Virus record (IMG/VR): IMGVR_UViG_3300011339_000336
Coordinates: 1 to 43,762 of that record
Source: a virus
Lineage: Duplodnaviria > Caudoviricetes
DNA: 43,762 nucleotides
Strand: one strand, 5' to 3'
In this document: piece by piece, positions 33,526 to 42,214 of the stretch
How positions within the stretch are numbered: the first letter of the stretch is position 1
Layout of the letters: each line of letters begins with the position of its first letter
Made by a program: the position numbers and the translations under genes
Notes under the pieces: model-generated
Told to the model about the DNA's origin: nothing
Database searches by the model: none
What the model saw: the letters and a program-made list of their open reading frames with translations, nothing else

Positions 33526-35466
33526 ATGTCATCACTTACACCAAACTGCATAGCCATTGACGTAGAAACTACGATGCTTGGCAATGAAGACATAGGGTTA
33601 TCACATCCTATGTACGGCCCTAACTATGTTGTTCTTTTTGGGTCAACCAACGTACTTGGTGATTCAATAGTTACTGACGACCCAACTACTTTTCACAAAA
33701 CAATTGCAAGCCATACAAACACACTAGTTTGTGGTCATAACATATCGTTTGATCTTATGTATTTGTATAGGTATGGATCGTTAAAACATACTTTGCAAAA
33801 CTATAAACTGTGGGACACACAATTAGCAGAATACATCCTGTCTGGTCAACGTACTAAGTTTTCTAGCTTAGATGAGTTGTCTATTAAATATGGCTGTCCT
33901 GTCAAAGATGACAAGATTACTGCGTACTTTAAAGCAGGTATTGGGTCTGACAAAATTCCTCGTGAAGAACTTGAACCCTACTTACACAGAGACTTAAAGA
34001 ACACTTGGTCTATTGCTATTAAACAGTATGAAATTGCAGAACGTCAAGGACAACTAGCTTTGATTCAAAGTCAAATGCAAGCATTGCATGGCACAACAGA
34101 AATGATGTACAACGGCTTGCACATTGATAAGAAACGATTAGATGCTTACACAGTAGAAGTTGTTGACAGTTTTGTTGATGTCAAATTAAATCTTGAGAAA
34201 CTTGTAGCGGAATTAATTGAAGACATTAACAGTCCTAAACAATGGAGTCAGTTTTTCTTTGGTGGTACTAAACGTGTCAAAGTCAAAGAAGAGGTAGGTG
34301 TTTACAAGAACGGCAATACCAAATACAAACTTGTAGAAAAGTCTGTAACAATTAAACCTGCTATTGCTTATGTTCCTGATCCTGACAAAGTATCTGCAAA
34401 AACAAAGCAAGTGTCAGTTGACGAATCTGTGCTTAGCGATATGCTTAATCACACTTTTAAACCTGACATTGTTGCTATCATTAAAGCGTTAATGAAATAT
34501 CGTGAGTTATCTAAGCAGTTATCAACGTACGTACAAGGTCTAAGCAAGCACGTTATTCATGATTTTATTTATGGCAAGCTTAATCACACAGCTACAATCA
34601 CAGGTCGGTTGTCTTCAACTAACCCTAATTTACAAAATATTAGTAATAACCCTATAAAACAAATCTTCGATTCCCGTTATAGTGGAGGACTTATTGTTGA
34701 GGTTGACTTTAACCAGCTTGAAGTAGTTGCATTAGCCCATGTTACTAGAGACAAACAACTTATCGCAGACATCTCTGGTGGAGCAGACATCCACTCAGAA
34801 CTTTATAAAGATATGTTTGGAAAATATCCAACAAAAGAAGAACGCAAGCCCTTTAAATCACGAACCTTTCAACTCATATACGGTGCAGGTGCTAAAGCTA
34901 TCAGCAAACAAGCAGGGTGCAGCATTGAAGAAGCTAAAAAATTTATTGATGTGTTTTACACTCGCTACCCAGATGTGGCTAGGTGGCATGAAGAATTTGC
35001 ACACGACATTGAGTCGTCATCAAAGCATTTAACAGATTCAACAGGTTTAATGGAGAAATTTAAAACGTGTGTGTGGGTCACTGAAACAGGTCGTAGATTT
35101 ACGTTTGCTGAGTACTATAGCAAAAATACTTGGTCACCAAAAATGTACAACTTTAGTCCTACAGAAATGAAGAATTATCCAATTCAAGGTTTAGCTACTG
35201 GAGATATTGTACCTATGATGGTAGGTGTTATCTTTGAGAAGCTAAAGGGCAGAGAAGGCATCAAGATGGTTAACACTATCCATGACTCTCTAATGTTTGA
35301 CGTAAGAGCTGATTTAGCAGCAGATTTTATATTGGAGGTAACAGATATTCTAAAAGATACGGACAAGTATTTCTTAGAGACATTTAAAACGCCGTTGGCC
35401 CTAAAGCTCAATGCAGGGGCTTCACTCGGTACTAATTGGTACAACATGGAAGAAGTTAGCCTATGA
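33526..35466 (+). CDS. polA: Family A DNA polymerase with 3'-5' exonuclease
   Basis: ExoI IDVET, GHN..FD; TGRLSS.NPNLQN; motif A DFNQLE; motif B KSRTFQLIYG; motif C IHDS. Confidence 0.95.
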   Translation: MSSLTPNCIAIDVETTMLGNEDIGLSHPMYGPNYVVLFGSTNVLGDSIVTDDPTTFHKTIASHTNTLVCGHNISFDLMYLYRYGSLKHTLQNYKLWDTQLAEYILSGQRTKFSSLDELSIKYGCPVKDDKITAYFKAGIGSDKIPREELEPYLHRDLKNTWSIAIKQYEIAERQGQLALIQSQMQALHGTTEMMYNGLHIDKKRLDAYTVEVVDSFVDVKLNLEKLVAELIEDINSPKQWSQFFFGGTKRVKVKEEVGVYKNGNTKYKLVEKSVTIKPAIAYVPDPDKVSAKTKQVSVDESVLSDMLNHTFKPDIVAIIKALMKYRELSKQLSTYVQGLSKHVIHDFIYGKLNHTATITGRLSSTNPNLQNISNNPIKQIFDSRYSGGLIVEVDFNQLEVVALAHVTRDKQLIADISGGADIHSELYKDMFGKYPTKEERKPFKSRTFQLIYGAGAKAISKQAGCSIEEAKKFIDVFYTRYPDVARWHEEFAHDIESSSKHLTDSTGLMEKFKTCVWVTETGRRFTFAEYYSKNTWSPKMYNFSPTEMKNYPIQGLATGDIVPMMVGVIFEKLKGREGIKMVNTIHDSLMFDVRADLAADFILEVTDILKDTDKYFLETFKTPLALKLNAGASLGTNWYNMEEVSL

Positions 35467-36014
35467 CAATGATGACAGGTATTGTGGAAGCAATGTCCAC
35501 AAAAGACGTAACTACTAAGTTTGGCGTTAAACCAACTTACTCAATTAAGATCAACGGGGGTTGGGTTAAATGTGGGTTTAAAAACCCTGAAGTACAAGTT
35601 GGCTATGAAGTTGAATTTGATGGTACTACTGGTTCCTATGGCGTTGAGACTAAGAAAATAGAGATTCTTAAACGCTCAGCAGCAACCACAGCAGCGGTGT
35701 CAACCGCTGTTACTAGTACCGCTGCGGCTCCCAAAGCCGCAAGCGGCTACAGCAGCTACAAAGAAAAGGTATTCCCCATTCCAGCATTACATGGTGACCG
35801 GGCAATCGTTCGTCAGAACGCACTAGCTCGTGCTACCGACTTGTATATTGCTGCTCGTGGTGGTAAGCCCTTTGAGTTAGAAGCATCAACTCTTAACCTA
35901 GTCATTAGCTTTGCTCGTAAGTTTGAAGCTTACACAGCAGGTGATCTTGACTTGGCAGAAGTGATGGAAGAAGACGCAGCCGAATTAGATAAACAAACTG
36001 ATATTCAATTTTAA
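35463..36014 (+). CDS. Putative single-stranded DNA-binding protein
   Basis: OB-fold-like N-terminus; IVRQNAL motif; acidic tail ending in Phe (DKQTDIQF); sits between polymerase and exonuclease. Confidence 0.55.
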   Translation: MTMMTGIVEAMSTKDVTTKFGVKPTYSIKINGGWVKCGFKNPEVQVGYEVEFDGTTGSYGVETKKIEILKRSAATTAAVSTAVTSTAAAPKAASGYSSYKEKVFPIPALHGDRAIVRQNALARATDLYIAARGGKPFELEASTLNLVISFARKFEAYTAGDLDLAEVMEEDAAELDKQTDIQF

Positions 36015-36024
36015 GGAGTTAGTT

Positions 36025-36216
36025 ATGGAACAAGTTAAACGTGGTCGTGGTCGTCCCCCCAAAGCCAAATCTATGGCAACAAACCCTACTCCTGTTGAAA
36101 AGGATGTTTTACTAAGTTTGATCCAGCAAAAGTTTATGGATACCTACGGGTTTGCTACAACTGAAGCTCAATCAAAGATGTTTCTATTGACTCTTGTAGC
36201 TCAAGTAGAACTGTAA
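36025..36216 (+). CDS. Small AT-hook protein
   Basis: KRGRGRPPK at the N-terminus; AAGGAG SD. Confidence 0.7.
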   Translation: MEQVKRGRGRPPKAKSMATNPTPVEKDVLLSLIQQKFMDTYGFATTEAQSKMFLLTLVAQVEL

Positions 36217-36223
36217 GTTTTTA

Positions 36224-36288
36224 GGGGGGAAAGCAGATGCTGCGTAGTGCCGTCACGGACTCTAGAGCGCAGTGCAGCGAGTACCCCC
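36224..36288 (+). ncRNA. Structured cis-regulatory RNA motif, copy 2
   Basis: GGGGG-GAAAGCAGAUG-CUGCG...CGCAG-UGCAGCGAGUA-CCCCC, just upstream of the AGGA SD of 36307. Confidence 0.7.
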
Positions 36289-36306
36289 ACCTTTTTAGGA
36301 ACAATC

Positions 36307-36471
36307 ATGGTTATTAAAGACAAACAAGAAGCTGTTTACTTTATGTGTACCCTTATTAAGGACTTAGAAATGCTTAAAAGGGGTGAATGGATTCCTGATG
36401 AAGACTCTACCCAAGCATCTATAGATGCAGCAGATGCAATTCTTAAATACATCTGGGACAAACTTCCATGA
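36307..36471 (+). CDS. Hypothetical protein
   Basis: Start moved to ATG 36307 (TAGGA SD); DLEML..GEW.PD.DS..AS. Confidence 0.65.
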   Translation: MVIKDKQEAVYFMCTLIKDLEMLKRGEWIPDEDSTQASIDAADAILKYIWDKLP

Positions 36472-37148
36472 AAGCATTAGTCGATGGCGACATCGTAGTT
36501 TATAGGGCTGCTGCTTCAGCAGAACAAGACGACCAATGGGTAGCTTTAGCTAGAGCAGACCAGATGATGCAAGACATACTTGCAGACACTGGATCTACTT
36601 CTTACAAGGTGTACCTTACAGGTGGGGATAACTTCCGTAGGGAGTTAGACCCTAACTACAAAGCAAACCGTCCTGACAGCAGGCCAGCACACTGGGCTGC
36701 GGTTAGGGATTTCCTAGTAACACAACACAAAGCAGAGGTATGCAATGGATATGAAGCTGATGACCAACTGGGTATTGAGCAAGATAAAGAACATGGCTCA
36801 ACAGTCATATGCAGCATTGACAAAGATCTACTCCAAATCCCTGGAAAGCACTACAACTTTGTTAAGAAATCTTTTCAAGAAATAAACAAAGATGAAGGTC
36901 TTAAGCGATTGTATATACAAAGCCTTGTAGGAGATCGTAGCGATAACATTTTTGGTATAGCTGGCATAGGCCCAGTAAAGGCAGAACAGGCTCTAGCAGA
37001 GCTTCTACCTGAAGAGTGGTACAACAAGTGCCGTGAACTCTACAACAACGATGAGCGCTACCACCTCAATATGAAGCTGTTGTATATCTGGCAAAAACCT
37101 AACGATATGTGGACACCCCCAACCTTGGAGACACAACATGAGACTTAA
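36468..37148 (+). CDS. 5'-3' exonuclease (T7 gp6 / FEN family)
   Basis: DGDIVVY, NFR..L..NYKANR, EADD, SIDKDLLQ, GD.SDNI.GI.GIGP. Confidence 0.9.
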   Translation: MKALVDGDIVVYRAAASAEQDDQWVALARADQMMQDILADTGSTSYKVYLTGGDNFRRELDPNYKANRPDSRPAHWAAVRDFLVTQHKAEVCNGYEADDQLGIEQDKEHGSTVICSIDKDLLQIPGKHYNFVKKSFQEINKDEGLKRLYIQSLVGDRSDNIFGIAGIGPVKAEQALAELLPEEWYNKCRELYNNDERYHLNMKLLYIWQKPNDMWTPPTLETQHET

Positions 37149-37278
37149 CCCAGTAGCAGTATTATTTTGGATATTTTGTGCTCTTATAGGTTACATCATT
37201 GGAGGTGATACATATAGTGCAGCAATTGGTGCTGCTTGTGCTATAGGGTTCTCACTTTTTTTACAAGCTATTGTTTAA
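37138..37278 (+). CDS. Small two-TM membrane protein (46 aa)
   Basis: GGAG SD; MRLNPVAVLFWIFCALIGYIIGGDTYSAAIGAACAIGFSLFLQAIV; TAATG coupling to the endonuclease. Confidence 0.6.
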   Translation: MRLNPVAVLFWIFCALIGYIIGGDTYSAAIGAACAIGFSLFLQAIV

Positions 37279-37679
37279 TGCCAAGACCTAAACAACATAA
37301 CCCCAGTGGGTATCGTAGTGGTCTTGAAACTAAGTTCCAAGCTGCTTGTATAGCAAATGGGTGGAATCTAGGCTACGAACAAGACAAGATCAAGTACGTC
37401 ATACCTGCAAGTAACCACAGCTACACACCAGACTTTACTGTTACTAAGAACGTATACATAGAAACAAAAGGTCTATGGGTAGCATCAGACAGAAAAAAAG
37501 CACTACTTATAAAAGAGCAACATCCAAACATACGCATCTTGTACATTTTTCAACGTGACCAGAAACTATACAAAAAAAGTCCTACTACTTACCTAGATTG
37601 GGCAGCTAAACAAGGTTTAGATGCTTGTGTATTTTCTAATACTAAGCATTGGTCAGACTACATATTAAGGCACATATGA
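37278..37679 (+). CDS. Holliday-junction resolvase (T7 endonuclease I-like)
   Basis: YRSGLE, YE...Y, YTPDF, IETKG, DRKK..IKEQHP...IR..F; start moved to 37278. Confidence 0.9.
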   Translation: MPRPKQHNPSGYRSGLETKFQAACIANGWNLGYEQDKIKYVIPASNHSYTPDFTVTKNVYIETKGLWVASDRKKALLIKEQHPNIRILYIFQRDQKLYKKSPTTYLDWAAKQGLDACVFSNTKHWSDYILRHI

Positions 37680-37885
37680 TTACTTTTATTAAAAAACTAC
37701 TTCGTACACCTACCCCAATAGAAATGATTACAGAAGAGCTTATGGAAGCTACTACATCAAAGCTAGAAGCAGAGTCTGCTCTTGATTATGCCTTTGCTAT
37801 GGTGCAGTACCACAATGCTCGTATAGAGCGTTTAAATGAAAGCTTAGCCTCTTACCACAAAGCTGCAATGCAGGAGCAAGAATGA
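37676..37885 (+). CDS. Hypothetical protein
   Basis: ATGA overlap; TP.EM...EL.EA...KLEAESA.DYA...V.Y...RI.RL. Confidence 0.65.
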   Translation: MITFIKKLLRTPTPIEMITEELMEATTSKLEAESALDYAFAMVQYHNARIERLNESLASYHKAAMQEQE

Positions 37886-38076
37886 AAGAAGACACCACAC
37901 CCATCGATCCGACATGGATGCAAAAAACAGGCGGCTTTGCCCGCGACATGACCCTGCGTGATGAATTTGCGGGACGGGCTATGCAGGGACTGATGGATGC
38001 AGCCATGCCAATGCCAGAAATTGCAGACGCAGCATATGACATGGCAGACGCAATGTTGAAAGCGAGGGAGCAATGA
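37882..38076 (+). CDS. Small phage protein (MTLRDxFA family)
   Basis: MTLRDEFAGRAMQG..AY.MADAML.AR. Confidence 0.75.
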   Translation: MKEDTTPIDPTWMQKTGGFARDMTLRDEFAGRAMQGLMDAAMPMPEIADAAYDMADAMLKAREQ

Positions 38077-38294
38077 ACTTCAAAGAACTATGGAACAGCC
38101 AAGCAGACTATCAGAACCAATGGGACAGTTTGGGCGAAGATGAAAAGCTAGAGTTTGTAGCCGCACAAGTACGGGCGCGGTGTATTGAACTGGTGCTGGC
38201 AGGCTCTTCTATGCCGATACAGACACGAACGCTTGAAGCCTTGCAGCGTGACCGCAAGCGCATTGCCAAGTTGATTGAGGAGGATGGGAAATGA
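38073..38294 (+). CDS. Hypothetical protein
   Basis: ATGA overlaps on both sides; GGAG SD. Confidence 0.65.
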   Translation: MNFKELWNSQADYQNQWDSLGEDEKLEFVAAQVRARCIELVLAGSSMPIQTRTLEALQRDRKRIAKLIEEDGK

Positions 38295-38404
38295 ACGACG
38301 AAGATGATGACATGCTAGTCAGTATGTTGTTTACAGCGTTGACCGTCATGGTGGTGCTGTTTGTCGTAGGTGGTGTTGGCCTAATCGTATGGAGTTTTTT
38401 ATGA
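38291..38404 (+). CDS. Small single-TM protein (37 aa)
   Basis: MNDEDDDMLVSMLFTALTVMVVLFVVGGVGLIVWSFL; ATGA overlaps at both ends. Confidence 0.6.
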   Translation: MNDEDDDMLVSMLFTALTVMVVLFVVGGVGLIVWSFL

Positions 38405-38775
38405 AGACTGAAGAAGATGAAGCGTTTGATGAATTGGCAAAGCGGCAGGGTGACTGGGGCGGTGGGTTTAAAGCTAAGCAAGCAATGGCTGCGGACAAGC
38501 AACATTGGAACGAAGATGAATGGCGTAAAAATAACTGGCGGTGTCATCATGGCTGGTTGCGCGGAGAGCAATGCGAAATCTGCAATGCAGCACAGCCAGC
38601 GCAGGAGCCTGACGCACTGACCATCGCGTATCAGTCTGGCTTTTACGACGGCAAGAAAGCGGCACAGCGCCCGTGGGTAGGGCTGACGGAAAAAGAAGCA
38701 AAAAGTTTTATAAATTTTTACAAAATGGATATTGTCCGATTTGTTGAAGCCAAACTCAAGGAGAAAAACACATGA
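38401..38775 (+). CDS. Hypothetical modular protein
   Basis: EEDEAF.EL, C.HG..RGE.CE.C, RPWVGLT..E....EAKLKEKN modules. Confidence 0.7.
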   Translation: MKTEEDEAFDELAKRQGDWGGGFKAKQAMAADKQHWNEDEWRKNNWRCHHGWLRGEQCEICNAAQPAQEPDALTIAYQSGFYDGKKAAQRPWVGLTEKEAKSFINFYKMDIVRFVEAKLKEKNT

Positions 38776-38978
38776 CTCGCATTGAAGAGGATGATGACAC
38801 GCAGGGTTACATCTACGCAGATCCTAATTCTTTAACTATTGCATACCAATCAGGTTACTACGATGGCAAGAAAGCAGTACTGGCTGGACGGGAGTGGAAC
38901 TTTTGCGAACGCTGCGGTAAACGCACAGCCGACAAGACCGCTATTCATACTTGCACACCACCACAGGAGAACAAATGA
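38772..38978 (+). CDS. Small Zn-finger-like protein
   Basis: NFCERCGKR......IHTCTPP. Confidence 0.7.
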   Translation: MTRIEEDDDTQGYIYADPNSLTIAYQSGYYDGKKAVLAGREWNFCERCGKRTADKTAIHTCTPPQENK

Positions 38979-39184
38979 AAGAAAGAATGACTTATGGACT
39001 GTATGAACCATATAAAGTTACTAATAACCATGTAAGTAGCAAACGTCTATCTCTTAACCGAGGTAAAACCTGTTGGCAATGTCAACAAGACTCAGTGCCT
39101 CAACAAGGATCATTATTTAAACAAGTAGGAAACAAGTACATCTGTAAAGAATGTATAGAAGAAAGGAAACTTCGTGATAACTAA
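38975..39184 (+). CDS. Small Zn-finger protein
   Basis: CWQCQ...ICKEC; AGGAG SD before ATG 38975. Confidence 0.65.
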   Translation: MKERMTYGLYEPYKVTNNHVSSKRLSLNRGKTCWQCQQDSVPQQGSLFKQVGNKYICKECIEERKLRDN

Positions 39185-39371
39185 CAATAAACCGCAAGTT
39201 ATTATTGACTACGCATTGCCTTGCATGATGGCAGAGAAAGCCCTTAAAGACTCCCACAATGCTGTTTTAGAACAAGACTTAGACCTAGCTATGACTCAAG
39301 CAATGGAAGCTGTTTTACAAAGCAGAGTGTTGTACACATCACTACGTCACATGAAAGAACAACAGCAATGA
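39174..39371 (+). CDS. Hypothetical protein
   Basis: IIDYA.PCMMAEKALK..H..VL motif. Confidence 0.65.
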   Translation: MITNNKPQVIIDYALPCMMAEKALKDSHNAVLEQDLDLAMTQAMEAVLQSRVLYTSLRHMKEQQQ

Positions 39372-39649
39372 AATCCACTCACGCAACAATACGCAAAACT
39401 TTAAGAGGCCATGCAGATGGTTTAACTGTTAGTGAGATTGGAGATAAGACAGGTATCAATACAGACACAGTACGAATAGCATTAAAGCATATGCCTGACT
39501 GTTATATTGACCGTTGGACAGCTTCTAACCAAGGTAATTTAGGTGCTATATGGATAGCAGTAGATGTACCAGAAGACTGTCCTATGCCATCTAAATCTAA
39601 AGTAAAAGTTACTAAGAACTATTTATCAGCAATGGCTTACCTTGATTAG
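39368..39649 (+). CDS. Winged-HTH DNA-binding protein, last gene of the plus arm
   Basis: IR..L....DGLT..EI...TG....TVR..L..MPD.YIDRW...W.....PEDCP.P. Confidence 0.7.
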   Translation: MKSTHATIRKTLRGHADGLTVSEIGDKTGINTDTVRIALKHMPDCYIDRWTASNQGNLGAIWIAVDVPEDCPMPSKSKVKVTKNYLSAMAYLD

Positions 39650-39848
39650 ACTTAGGTTGTTCCATAACTTTAGCTGGAGCAATAATACAACTTGTATCAA
39701 CAGTTGCATCAGTGTTCTTTTTATACCAGTCTTTTTTTTCTGCAACAGATTGTTTACATTCAGCTTCATCTTGATACACTGTTAATTGCTGTAGAAATGC
39801 ACATTGTCCATTAAGACATATGTAAAGGACTGGAATAAATAAGTTCAT
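39612..39848 (-). CDS. Small exported/Cys-containing protein after the endolysin
   Basis: IPVLYICLNGQCAF..C...C; last gene of the minus arm; tail-to-tail overlap with 39368..39649. Confidence 0.6.
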   Translation of the reverse strand: MNLFIPVLYICLNGQCAFLQQLTVYQDEAECKQSVAEKKDWYKKNTDATVDTSCIIAPAKVMEQPKSNQGKPLLINSS

Positions 39849-40268
39849 TTAAGTAATCTTTGCGCCAGCTTGAAGTTGTGCAATGGTCAGGCCACCAGTG
39901 TATTGGAAATGCGGGAACTCTTTGAAGTCTTTCCAATCGCCAGCCCACTCTAGCCCGCATGATTTACCAATCTCACCAATTTTTTGCCAGATGGGGTCTT
40001 TAGTACTCCATACAGGTTTGCCATTGACCAATGCCACTACATCCAATGCACAACGCCAATTGTGCCAAGACTGACCCGGTTTGGCTTTGGTAACCACATC
40101 TCCAGGAGTTGTGCGACCTTGGGCATAAAGTGCAGCTTGGCTTTCGTTGTCTCGATAAGTGGAAGTCACCAACAAGTCAATCCCCTTGGCTTTAGCGGTT
40201 TCTACAAAGGCTTGCGCTCGTTGTTTAACGGGTAGGGCTAGGTCGTCAAGGTTGCGAGAGTTAATCAT
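39849..40268 (-). CDS. Endolysin, peptidase M15 (L-Ala-D-Glu type)
   Basis: TYR....Q..LYAQGRT..G..VT.AK.GQSWHN...A.D, GLEW.G.W..F.E.PHFQ. Confidence 0.9.
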   Translation of the reverse strand: MINSRNLDDLALPVKQRAQAFVETAKAKGIDLLVTSTYRDNESQAALYAQGRTTPGDVVTKAKPGQSWHNWRCALDVVALVNGKPVWSTKDPIWQKIGEIGKSCGLEWAGDWKDFKEFPHFQYTGGLTIAQLQAGAKIT

Positions 40269-40498
40269 TTTAATGTTTCCTCATTTGTTTCACCGTGAGA
40301 CAACTTTACGCCAGCTAATAGACCAATGAAACCGCCGACAATGGTCTGGAATGCGGGAGAGATGAGTTTAAAAATTTCGGCGTTGTCCACGACTGGATTA
40401 AACAGGCCCGCCATTAAAACCCCAACCATTCCAATCACTACAACGCAAAGGGTAAAGCTAACCATCAGGGTTACAAGAAACGTCAGCTTGGCTTTCAT
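40265..40498 (-). CDS. Two-TM membrane protein (holin/antiholin-like)
   Basis: Two hydrophobic helices; VDN.EIFK.I.PAFQTIVGGFIGLLAG. Confidence 0.65.
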   Translation of the reverse strand: MKAKLTFLVTLMVSFTLCVVVIGMVGVLMAGLFNPVVDNAEIFKLISPAFQTIVGGFIGLLAGVKLSHGETNEETLK

Positions 40499-40989
40499 TT
40501 AGGTGGCTCCGATTTAGCCAGCAATTCGGTCTTAGCTTGGCTGCTGGCGCTGGAGCCAAAGTAGAAAGCCATTACACCTGTCCACGCAGTTGCCAAACTG
40601 CCAAGCATCAGCATCAGTGCGTCCGATGTCTTAAAGTGCTCTGTCATTAAGCCCAGCAAAATCCCAAAAAACCCAATAGTCACAAACACTGCAAGCAAAG
40701 CAGGAATCCAGGATTTAGTGGCAATCTGCATATCCCGAGCAGACTTCTTATCTTCTGCTGTTAGTTTAGCAAAATCTAAATTCATAGATTGAGCTTGTTT
40801 TTTTAGTTCTAGTTCTGCTAGTTGAATGGATGCTATTTGTTCAGCAGTCAACTTGTTGCTACTAATAACATTTTGAACTTCATCAGGTTCACAACCAATA
40901 GCTTTAGCAATGGCAGAAACAGCCATTCCAGCCAAAGGACCACCTAGCGCCGTAGCGATAGTGGGAGCAACAGTTTTAAGCCATTCCAT
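40495..40989 (-). CDS. Holin (3-TM type)
   Basis: APTIATALGGPLAG, D..SAR.MQ, TM segments, LG.L...W..V..FYFGSS..SQ.K. Confidence 0.75.
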   Translation of the reverse strand: MEWLKTVAPTIATALGGPLAGMAVSAIAKAIGCEPDEVQNVISSNKLTAEQIASIQLAELELKKQAQSMNLDFAKLTAEDKKSARDMQIATKSWIPALLAVFVTIGFFGILLGLMTEHFKTSDALMLMLGSLATAWTGVMAFYFGSSASSQAKTELLAKSEPPK

Positions 40990-41479
40990 TAGAAACCCCT
41001 ATTAGTAATAACGTGAAACAAAGCACCAACCAAAGGAACAATAATAGCCGAAGCACCTGTTAACCACAAGGTGTTCATAATGATTGCTACCTTAACTTCT
41101 TTATCCTTCTGCTTACGCTCTGCCTCTTCTCTTTCAAGAGTATTGCGTTCTTTAATCATCCTAGTCCGTTCAGCCATCATCTCTTCCCACACTTGTGCAT
41201 TACCGCTATAGAAAAGAATGTCCTTTAACTCTTTCTCATGCTCACGCAATGCTTTAGAAGCCATTGCTATTTGAAGTGCTTGAGAACTTATCTGAGCATC
41301 TGTCTTTCCTATAGAAGCAATCCGGGCTTTGCTGCTTGCTAAATGAACTGTATCTGCCGCTTGATAAAAACTGCTGAATTCTTTGTATAAGCCGTGGATG
41401 TCTTTGCCAAGGGCTATGGCTTTTTTATACCAGCTACAGCACCTTGTGCCATAGCAAATGCGGTGAACGGGTCAATCAT
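40989..41479 (-). CDS. Coiled-coil + C-terminal TM protein interrupted by a -1 frameshift (163 aa if read through)
   Basis: ATG 41479 MIDPFTAFAMAQGAVAGIKK; zero frame stops at 41414; -1 frame is open from 41420 and joins ORF 40989..41264. Confidence 0.75.
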
Positions 41480-41640
41480 TTTTTATTCACAACTACCCAT
41501 CGGCAGATGCGTCCGTCTTTGTCTACAAACTCATTAACTCCAAGTTTATCATCAGCTTTAGGTTTTCTACAAACTAAGACTGTTTTAGTTTCTGTACCGG
41601 GCCAAGGATTCTCAGCAGAAGTTAACAAATGAGTGTCCAT
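41476..41640 (-). CDS. Small hypothetical protein
   Basis: Start likely ATG 41640 (AGGA SD); PWP.TE.K.VLVCR...NEF.DKDGR.CRWV. Confidence 0.6.
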   Translation of the reverse strand: MDTHLLTSAENPWPGTETKTVLVCRKPKADDKLGVNEFVDKDGRICRWVVVNKK

Positions 41641-41641
41641 T

Positions 41642-41995
41642 TTATTCCTGTAGTTTCCAAGACGTTGTAGTTTCATCCCATGTATATAACCCATCAGTGG
41701 GCATTACAACAGGCGCAGTCCATTGACACGTTGCCTCTATTAGTGTCCAGCTTGGAAATGGCTGTGAAGGAATAAAAGCGTTGCGACCTTCATCGTAGGT
41801 GTAGCCAATGCCAGCATAGTTTTTGCGGATTTTGCCGTTGTAGCTAGTCTGTTTCCAATCACCACCAAACAAGCGTTCACAGAAAGCAGCACCAATGTAC
41901 TCTTTTTCTGTGCCGTGCGCGTCAGAAGTGTCCTCATTGCCAATCACAATCACTTGTGTGACGATGCCGTTTTCAATCTTTGCAAAGTGTGCCAT
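41642..41995 (-). CDS. Tail accessory protein
   Basis: MAHFA..ENG.V.QVIV, WKQTSYN..IRKNYAGIGYTYD...AFIP.QPFPSW.L.E.TC.W..PV..P. Confidence 0.75.
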   Translation of the reverse strand: MAHFAKIENGIVTQVIVIGNEDTSDAHGTEKEYIGAAFCERLFGGDWKQTSYNGKIRKNYAGIGYTYDEGRNAFIPSQPFPSWTLIEATCQWTAPVVMPTDGLYTWDETTTSWKLQE

Positions 41996-42213
41996 TACAT
42001 CTCCAGTTTCTCTAAAATCTTAACTGTCCAAATGGTTGGAATTGAATCCTCAAACGCCTTAATCTTTTCCATTGTTGCGTCAATTTCTTCCCATGTTGGG
42101 CATGGTCGGTCATCTTCCCAGCGCGTGATGGTGCGGTTGCTAATTTCCCACTTGGCATTAGGGCGCAACAATTGCATTGCTGTGTCTATTCCATAAAGTT
42201 GGTACTTTTTCAT
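41995..42213 (-). CDS. Small tail-associated protein (XkdW-like)
   Basis: A..LLRPNAKW.......W.D.RP.PTWEEI. Confidence 0.65.
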   Translation of the reverse strand: MKKYQLYGIDTAMQLLRPNAKWEISNRTITRWEDDRPCPTWEEIDATMEKIKAFEDSIPTIWTVKILEKLEM

Positions 42214-42214
42214 G

